The translations under genes were made by a program, and so were the position numbers. The notes below the pieces were generated by a model. The model had not been told where the DNA came from and ran no database searches. It saw nothing but the letters and a program-made list of their open reading frames with translations. Shown here piece by piece: positions 54,128-64,000 of a stretch of 64,000 bases of DNA. Positions within the stretch are counted from its first letter, which is position 1, and every line of letters begins with the position of its first letter. This DNA comes from Octopus sinensis (lineage: Eukaryota): assembly GCF_006345805.1 (NCBI RefSeq), contig NC_043007.1, positions 13,640,001-13,704,000 on the forward strand, written 5' to 3'.

Positions 54128-54620
54128 AATAACATGGACGCCGCTCGGTCTCGAAAGACTGACCGTTATGTAAACCTCCTCGAGGAATGTGAAGACGCAG
54201 GCTGGAAGGCGGAATATTTTCCAATCGAAGTCGGATGTAGAGGGTTTCTTGGACACGGTGTGAGACGACTGTTGGTATTGCTAGGGGCCTAACTCATCGT
54301 AAAGTATATACCACCATGAACGATATTCCAAACTACAGTGGAGAAGGCTAAAAAGAGACGATGAGCGATGGCTAGAAGAATATTGAGCTTTATTTGATAA
54401 ACATTTGATAGCAAGTGGGGCCTCATATCAGTGAGGGTGCGCATTGATGCCGTCGAGAGGCAGGCCCCGAAACGGCGCGCATTCTCTCCTGATGACCCCA
54501 TACACTTGCTGGCTTCCGGTATGCCGAGTTCTCGACTGGTAGCACTTGCAAGAGCAAATTGTTTGCAAAACATATTGAAGTTGACTGTACACAGCAGCTG
54601 TATTTACAAAACATTGTATT
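54128..54620 (+). mobile_element. HERO-like (restriction-like endonuclease) non-LTR retrotransposon 3' fragment with 3' UTR
   Basis: NMDAARSRKTDRYVNLLEECEDAGWKAEYFPIEVGCRGFLGHGVRRLLVLLG matches the RK..kY...PIEVGCRGF end of the RLE domain of HERO-clade elements. Frameshifted tail KRDDERWLEEY* ends at 54386. Confidence 0.82.
54410..54510 (+). ncRNA. Structured RNA in the HERO-like 3' UTR; candidate pseudoknotted hammerhead
   Basis: Multiple complementary segments plus GUC, GAAA and CUGAUGA in stem I/III register (see findings). Confidence 0.5.
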
Positions 54621-55077
54621 GCTAGACTAAGTACAGCTCACATTAAGCACGAGTGACAGTCAGTCCTATTTCAGTTACAATTGATAAAAATATATGAGAC
54701 TCAACGAAGATCTATCAAATGTGCTTTTTAGCAACTGTATGCATGATTTTTGTTTCACAAAATAAAAACAATATATGAGTGAGTGAGCGTGTCTGTGTCT
54801 ATGTGTGTGTATGAATTGTCTCCCAACAAGTGCTACGTCTACAATTCATTTATTTCTCTTCTTTTACATGGTATAAAATTCAGCTTGCATTAATTAATTG
54901 AGAATGACTGGATGGACTCCATTTTGAATGAAAGGGGAATAAAGAAACAATAACAGCATCGGCTAGAAAGAGGAAGCATACCTAGAAATATAGTACCGGT
55001 GATAAAGGAAAACATACACTTCTGTTATTAAACCACAAATCGTTTAGTAAAGACAATGCAATATTTGGCTGTGGCAA

Positions 55078-55459
55078 GGCGATGAGCTGGCAGAAACGTT
55101 AGCACGCCGGGGTGAAATGCTTAGTGGTATTTCGTCTGCCGTTACGTTGTGAGTTCAAATTCCGCCTTTCATCCTTTCGAGGTCAATAAATTAAGTACCA
55201 TTTACGCACTGGGGTCGATATAATCGACTTAATCCGTTTGTCTGTCCTTGTTTGTCCCCTCTATGTTTAGTCCCTTGTGGGTAATAAAGAAACGGGTATT
55301 TTGTCTGTCTTTACGTTCTGAATTAAAATGCCGCCGAGGTCGACTTTAACTTTTGTCCTTTCGGGGTCGATAAATTAAGTACCAGTTGCGTCCTGCGGTC
55401 GATCTAATCGATTGGCCATTTCCCTAAATGTTTCGGTCCTTGTGCCTAGAGTAGGAAAG
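55078..55459 (+). mobile_element. SINE family C dimer
   Basis: Two body units and a diverged TSD AATATT(TG/CA)GCT(G/A)TGGCAA. Confidence 0.85.
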
Positions 55460-55546
55460 AATATTCAGCTATGGCAAATATCAGCATTGTCACACTTTAT
55501 TCCCTATTATCCATGACGTCTCTGGCAAAGTATTAACCGAAGAAAG

Positions 55547-55581
<35 letters not shown>

Positions 55582-55584
55582 TAT

Positions 55585-55631
<47 letters not shown>

Positions 55632-55747
55632 TAGTTATACATTTATATATACATAAACATTCACCCACATATATAGATATATATATATATAGACAAATAT
55701 GTACATACATACATAACGAGAATATAAACCAATAGATGCCAGTACAT

Positions 55748-55994
55748 ATTCTTTTCTTCTCTCCCTCTTCTGGGTCCCTCCCCCAAAATTTCGGGCCTTT
55801 TCCCGGGAAATGTTTGCGGAGGGACCCAGTCGATTAAATTGACCCCAGTACGCAACCGGTACTTAATTTATCGACCCCGAAAGGCTGAAAGCCAAAAGTC
55901 GACCTCGGCGAAATTTGAACTCAGAACGTAAGGACCGACAAAATACTGCTAAGCACTTCGCCCGGCGTGCTACCATTTCAGCCAGCTCACCGCC
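55748..55994 (-). mobile_element. SINE family C monomer
   Basis: Reverse complement of the family C head and body. Confidence 0.82.
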
Positions 55995-56641
55995 GTGACG
56001 TCAGCACACATTGACAAACACTCACTTTTATGCAAATATGTGGAGCATACTATTGTTCTTAAGCCGTTATATTCAGACTTGGCTAACAAGGGCCCATAAT
56101 CTGAATGGGGTGTGTCTGTCTGCTTCTGTCTATATATTACTAAATTCTTTTGTTGGTCCAGTAATTAAATAGCGCACATTAGTAATTCATCTCGAAGATA
56201 ATACTCAACATTTTCCTCATTTGTAGATCTTTCAATTTTCGATGCGAAAATTGGTTTGACTTGGTTTGTTTCGTATGTGAATGAAGAACCAAACAAATTC
56301 TGCTTTACTTTATACTTGCGCTGTATTCCGAAGTTGATGATTAAACCAATTTGTAGATGTCAGTCATTTTATATAATAACGGGTTCACTTAATCGGAAAC
56401 TGTTCAGAATCCGTCAGCTTCGTTACACACTGTGCCGTGTTGAATGTACTTGAAATTTACTTAAAAGTATAGATGAACATGGGATACCTAGCCACTTGCA
56501 CACTATACAAATAGAGAGTTCAGTTGATCGTAAACCTCAATACAATTTGTCAAAACATACATAGAACCGTCCATGTATCCATCACTATAACACAAATTTG
56601 CAATTTATGCGCCCTGTAAATTATGCACTTATGATATTAAG

Positions 56642-56972
56642 AAGATCCCAGCAACGCCATCGCGCTTCAGGACCAGTTACTACAACAGCCTGGGTTTCGA
56701 GGGCCCACAGCTTTTTAATATTCTCCCAAAGAACCTAAGGGACCTGCACAAAGTAGATGCAGGCGTTTTAAAATCAAAGCTGGACCTTTTCCTGTCGAGA
56801 GTCCCAGATGAACCTACCTCGCAACAAGAGATGCAAATGAGGGTAGCTACATCAAACTCCATTCTTCACCAAGTGCCACATATTGGAGGAAGCTCTCTCA
56901 GTAATAACAGTAGCAAAACGGCGGTGCATCGGCATGGCCGCAGCTCTGAGCTGAAACTACAGAAAATAAAAG
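56642..56972 (+). mobile_element. CR1-like LINE 3' fragment with 3' tail
   Basis: KIPATPSRFRTSYYNSLGFEGPQLFNILPKNLRDLHKVDAGVLKSKLDLFLSRVPDEP...SNSILHQ resembles the CR1-clade ORF2 C-terminus (GP.LFN.LP...K.KLD.FL..VPDEP). Confidence 0.8.
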
Positions 56973-57574
56973 TTAACATATGGTTGAAAAATTTGGTCAA
57001 GTTATTCATTACAATGATGACTGCCAAGAAAATGTATAAAGAAGGAATTACGTTCCGCCCTGGCGTATTATAGCCCAAACTTCATACGAACTTGTAATTT
57101 GGGTAACATATTTTAGATATTTTTTTTTTGTTGCAAATGGTCTTCAGTGACAGTTTTCAGACACTACAAATACATTTTCATGTCAAACAGTGTGTACGGC
57201 TAAGCGAAAAGCCGCATCAGATATATCATCGGTTTCTCTTCTTGTAATTTTGTTCTATTATGATGGCGTTTATTTTACTGCCGTTAATAGTAAATGGCCG
57301 CGAAACGTCGCTTGAGATTCAGCATAATCTTTTATCATGAAACTCAGTATACCACAACATCAATACGAACAACTATGTGTGTAAGTGTCGCAAAAAAAGT
57401 CGGGGGATTTTACGATGTTTGTTAAAACATCCAGACATAAAGTAATTCGACAATATATTTCATAGTTTATATAAGAAATACTGTGGATCGGCTTCAACAA
57501 TGAAACGTTGGTTCTAACGACACAATTCTCTCAAGTCACTCAAACGAGGAAACTCCATAGCAATATGTTCATTG

Positions 57575-58175
<601 letters not shown>

Positions 58176-59199
58176 TAAAAGAACTAAAGCGATGAGGTGG
58201 TAGTTGCTAGCAATGTAAGGGTAAGAAATATGACGTAAACGAAAAGTAATTTAATAAAACAGAAGGGTAAAAGTGAAAGAACATAAGAAGAAAAAAAAAT
58301 GAAAGCGTGGCTGAAGCTGACGAGGAGTGGTGAAAGCAAAAGAGTTAGCAAAAAAGAAGAATTAGAAGAAAAAAATGTAAAGCAGAAGAAAATGAAAGGG
58401 GTAGAAAATGAAGACGAAACACAGAGAAAAACATTATGTCTATGGAGAAGAGATACATCAAAACTAAAAATAAAATATTCTGAAGGTAAAAGGAAAGGAA
58501 AAAAAAAATAAGAGTAGAAAAAGGGGTAAAAAATCGTATTTACAAAATACAGAAAGAGGTAAAAAGAAAGTAAATGTTGTATCGAATGAAGACGTAAAAA
58601 AATGTAACAGCCATGTTTTATGATGCTTCAGGCTTGTTTTCGCTTGAGAACACAATGAAAATGTGGTACAAGATGCAAAATAAGAGTCGGACAAACGTTG
58701 GCCATTGCAGATTTTATCACCCATGTATCAAGTTTTTCTATCACTGCACCAAGGGTCAAAGCTTGCTTACGAAAACAATGGGCTGTGACATGTCCATTGC
58801 TACATGCAAATGGACTTCCGGAAAAAGAAGCAGTGATAAAAATCTAAATTGAATCTTCACAGCCTTGTGGAGTGGATCAACTGAGCGTCAAAGCAATCAA
58901 CATCGAATGGAATGAAGGACTTGTTCTAATGGCTTTGAAGGGAAGCGAGTCATTCTATTATTGCCCTCCATGTCTCTTCCGTTCTCACTTTCTCACTATT
59001 TCTTTCTTTCTTTTTTTTTTTTCCTTGTGTTGGTGTGTCTCATCCTCTCCATGACTTTATCTCCTTCTCTCTTTCTAACTTCCCACTTTCAAACTATTTT
59101 CATCAGTTTTTTCCTCTGAAGCTTTATTTTCGTGTATGTTTTCCTGTTGCTTTTTATATTGTTTTCGTGCTTATATATGTCCATCGGCTTATATATTCC

Positions 59200-59200
59200 A

Positions 59201-59235
<35 letters not shown>

Positions 59236-59248
59236 CATATATATATAT

Positions 59249-59306
<58 letters not shown>

Positions 59307-59718
59307 ATATATATATATATAATATATATATATATATGTATATATATACACATATATACTATATACGATGTTTTTAAGCGATCTTTTAGAGACACTTACT
59401 GAAATTCACATTTGCACATATGCTTAAAAACTATAAACAGAAAGTAAAAAAAAAAAATGAACAAAGTAAAAAAAGAAAGAAAGAAAAGACATTTGAAAGA
59501 TATAAAATAAGGCATCGTACTTGAAATAAAAATAAACACATAAAAAACAGCAAAGCAGATAAAGCCGTTTAGATTTCAAGAAACATTTTGTAAATTGCAT
59601 TCAGATGTGAGTGAACTCAAAAGATTAACAGCCAAAGGCTGATATGCTCTAATAAAAATGCAGTTCTTTTAAAGGAAGGCAAAATATATGGAGACCCATT
59701 TATATATGTATATATATG

Positions 59719-59767
<49 letters not shown>

Positions 59768-59961
59768 GTATGTATGTATATATGTATGTATATATGTATA
59801 TATATATATATATATGGATGTATGTATATATATATGTATGTATATAGTATGTATATATATTTATGTATATGTATATATATATATATACATATATATGTAT
59901 ATATATATACATATATACTTATATATGTATATATATATATACATATATATGTATATATATG

Positions 59962-59995
<34 letters not shown>

Positions 59996-60192
59996 CATGT
60001 ATATATATATACATGTATATATATATATGATATAAAGTGTAAGCAAAGAGACGAGAGAAGGCAACCCAAAGCACTATTACGTACAAAGGGACACGCAGAA
60101 TTACATGCACGCCACACACACACATACACACGTTCTCTCTCTCTCTCTCTCATACACACATACTGTCACGCACACACGCACCGACATATATG

Positions 60193-60232
<40 letters not shown>

Positions 60233-60343
60233 GCTTACGTACAAACGTAAATACGTATACATATACGCATACATATATGCGTGTTTGTACATGGGTATAT
60301 ATACTTATATATAATTTGCATACATAGATAGATAAATGCAATA

Positions 60344-60382
<39 letters not shown>

Positions 60383-60944
60383 CATACGTATATATATCTA
60401 TGTATATAGATGTATATGTATATATATATATATAAATGCATGTATACCATCAAACTGTACATTTATACATTGATGGATTCACACAGTTACACATACACGA
60501 ATATATATAGTATATGTACGTATGTGCATATATACATATGTTTGTGTGTGTTTGTGTGTGTGTGTGTGTGTGTATGAGCGTGTGTATTTATATATGTATA
60601 TGCAAATAAAATAATTAAATAAATTCGAAGCATATAGCAGATGAAACATCAAACCTATATTGAAGATAAAATTAGTGATATTTATCATGCAATAAAGGGC
60701 GGTATGTTCAACTTAGCAACCAACCAACATAACAAACAACCACACGAAATAAATAAGTAAGGAACAAAGACAGTTAGAGAAAAAACAAAACATCTGTAGG
60801 AGAACCGAAAGAAGTAAATAAAATATTAAAAAAGAAATATTGTGTAAAAAAGAACAAAGACTTCATCATTGATAGCGAAAACAATACCAGTTGTAATGAA
60901 TGAATTTTGGTGGTTATAATATATTTCGTATATATATATATGTG

Positions 60945-61038
<94 letters not shown>

Positions 61039-61139
61039 TGTGTATGTGTGTTTGTTTGCTTGACTTTATGGCTGTGTATATGTAGCGTATGTATGTATGA
61101 ATGCATGTATGTATGTATTGGTACTATATATATATAGTA

Positions 61140-61194
<55 letters not shown>

Positions 61195-61195
61195 T
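59200..61195. repeat. (TA)n/(TG)n/(CA)n microsatellite fields with AT-rich spacers
   Basis: Tandem repeats. Confidence 0.85.
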
Positions 61196-61418
61196 GTGTG
61201 TTCGAGCTCGTGTGTATGTGAATCTATATCTGTAGGCATTTATCTGACCGTATGCGTGTGCATTTGTACGTATATAAATACATAAACAACAAAAATATAT
61301 AAATAAATAAATAAATAAATAAATAGAATGTAAAATATATCAAAATCACAGCATTGAACGTTTAAAATAGACAGGAAATACACAGCCCATATAAACACAA
61401 CCCCAACACAAAACAACC

Positions 61419-61436
61419 AATAATAATAATAATAAC

Positions 61437-61486
<50 letters not shown>

Positions 61487-61549
61487 CAATAATAATATTT
61501 CTACTATTAATAATAATAGTAATAACAACAACAACAATGAAATAATAAT

Positions 61550-61580
<31 letters not shown>

Positions 61581-61680
61581 TTAATAATGATAATGATAAT
61601 GATAATAACAACAACAATACGATGATCATGATGATAGTGATGATGATGATAATAATAATAATAATAAGAACAACAACAAC
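61419..61680. repeat. (AAT)n/(AAC)/(GAT) tract
   Basis: Tandem repeat. Confidence 0.92.
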
Positions 61681-62265
61681 GATAGTCCTGATAATTATCA
61701 TAGCCCTGCATATAGAAATGAAAATGAAAAATAAAACAATGGCTAAAATTGTTGGGCTTTTCAAACGAAACCTCGATGTCTGTGTCACCTTCATCCGTAT
61801 GTTTGTATGAGGGAAGAACGAGCAGATGACAAGTTAGAAGTTTGAACGTAAGATGGCGTGGTGGAGTCGGGAACATGGCAAAAGATAACAACAAAAGGAG
61901 AAAAGGCTGTAGATTTTTATATGTCGAGATAAATACATGACATACAAGAAATAATTTAAATACAGAAATAAATAAGAAATATAAGAATAAAAAAATATGA
62001 AAGAAGAAATTAATATAAAAGCAGTAAAAAAAAAAATTTGATATAACAAAATTATTAAGAACAAAAAAATAAAGAAAGAAAAATAAACTAAAAGTCTTAT
62101 CAGAGCAAATATACAGAAATCAAAAGAAACAATAAATAAATAAGTAATAAATAAAGTCATTAAATAACATTGAAATCAATCAGAAATATGCACTGATCAA
62201 ATAAAAAATAAAAACAAAACTGAAAAAAAAATAAAGAAAAGAAATAATAACAACGTCAGCGTACG

Positions 62266-62309
<44 letters not shown>

Positions 62310-62450
62310 AAACCTACACACACATACATATATACGTATACATGTACATACGTATATAAACCAATTATACGTCATCCCATATTCACAAACACAAAATCAC
62401 ACACAGGCCACATACATATGCTTACATTATACATGCACGCACGCACAATC

Positions 62451-62485
<35 letters not shown>

Positions 62486-62513
62486 CATGTATGTTTGCAT
62501 GTATACATGTATG

Positions 62514-62545
<32 letters not shown>

Positions 62546-63402
62546 TATATGTACTTTTCGTACGTGCGTGTGTGGTGATTCTACGTAGGCCTTTTCATAC
62601 ATGTATATTATTTACTAATGCATATGAAGCAATTTTTATTCTAAAAGTCCAGGCAGCAGAATTTCAATAAAGACAGATAAAGCAAAACAATAAAAATTAA
62701 ATGCAACGAAAATATTTGTAGAAAAAAAATATGAAAAATAATCTGAAAAACTCAAATGGGATAACAGAGTTGCTTTTATTGTAATTTATAGATTTATTAT
62801 GTCGTATTACAGTTGATTCATAAAGAAATAACTTCAATATGATCAAATGATACGATTTTATTCATATTTTCACAGCATTATACGTTAATGTAATATGTAA
62901 TAAATATAATAAGCATTTAGCTTTGTGAATGTGACGTTATTATGTTTTATTTATTCCGTGTATTTGTGTTTTGAATTTAATGGGCAATGAGTCGGGCTCA
63001 CAAGTTTTCACCAGCGAATCTGTATGTCTATGTATGTATGTATGTATGTATGTATGTATGTATGTATGTACATGTGCAAGTGTGTACATATGTATGCATG
63101 CATGTATATATATATATGTATATATTTATACATCCATGAATATATATATATGTATGCTTGTGTATATATGTATATATATATATATGTAAAAAAGTGTGTA
63201 ATATGTATGTACAAATTATTTATGCATGTATATATATATGTATATATTTATACATACATGAATATATATATGTATGCTTGTGTATATATGTATATGAATA
63301 TATATATATATATATGTAAGAAAGTGTGTACGTATGCATGCATGTATGTAAGAATGCGGGTATGGATCCGTGTATGCATGCGTATGAATATATATGTATG
63401 TA

Positions 63403-63467
<65 letters not shown>

Positions 63468-64000
63468 GAGAGAGAGAGAGTTACGTTATGGGCATACATA
63501 TATTTGTACATACGTACATATATATATATATATTTGTGTATGCGTGTATGTCTGTGTGTGTATGAATGTATACCCGCACATATTCATGGTAATTAAATTC
63601 AGACATGTACATCGCATTTAAATGTGCATTTGAATAAGTACATTTTATGGTATGGCATCTGTGTACATATTATTTATTGGGTAGGATAAACACACACACA
63701 AATCTACATGCGTTCGCACACACAAATATATATATGTGTGTTCTGTATGTGAGTGTGCATATCTGTGTGAGTGTGGGTGTATGAGTGTGAGTGTTGCTGT
63801 ATGTATGTATGTGCGTATAGCGTATGGAGTTCAGAGTATTTACATTTTAATACAAGAATAAAGAGTAACAGGAAATATCACTGTCAACGTGACATATTTC
63901 ATGTTTCTATAATTTTTCATCAAAGATATAGGTAGGAACGGCGATGACAACGCTGATGAGGCGGAGGAAGGAAAGAAACAAGGAGAGGAAAAAATGCAGC

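Noticed and set aside
54430-54490. SECIS reading of the HERO 3' UTR hairpin
   Set aside because: No properly opposed UGA/GA quartet and no selenoprotein ORF.
63095-63335. ~125 bp local duplication within TA/TG repeats (a similar one lies at 42070-42345)
   Set aside because: Ordinary slippage or unequal crossover in microsatellite DNA.

Overview
AT-rich, microsatellite-saturated eukaryotic non-coding DNA (intronic or intergenic), most likely from an octopod cephalopod. That assignment is inferred from repeat style and SINE families, not proven. I find no credible host protein-coding exon, and nearly all listed ORFs are microsatellite artefacts. The readable content is transposon-derived: four tRNA-headed SINE families (my labels A-D, many with TSDs, several in inverted pairs), five copies of one non-autonomous Helitron plus 5' ends of two other putative Helitrons, two MITEs, a decayed Tc1/mariner transposase, and 3' fragments of RTE, CR1-like and HERO-like LINEs. 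Penelope-type repeats carry minimal hammerhead motifs. The most unusual signal is in the 3' UTR of the HERO-like LINE (54410-54510). All hammerhead core elements are present with correct stem I and stem III pairings, but in a pseudoknotted strand order that matches none of types I, II or III. All alignments and folds were done by eye, and boundaries of degenerate elements are approximate.
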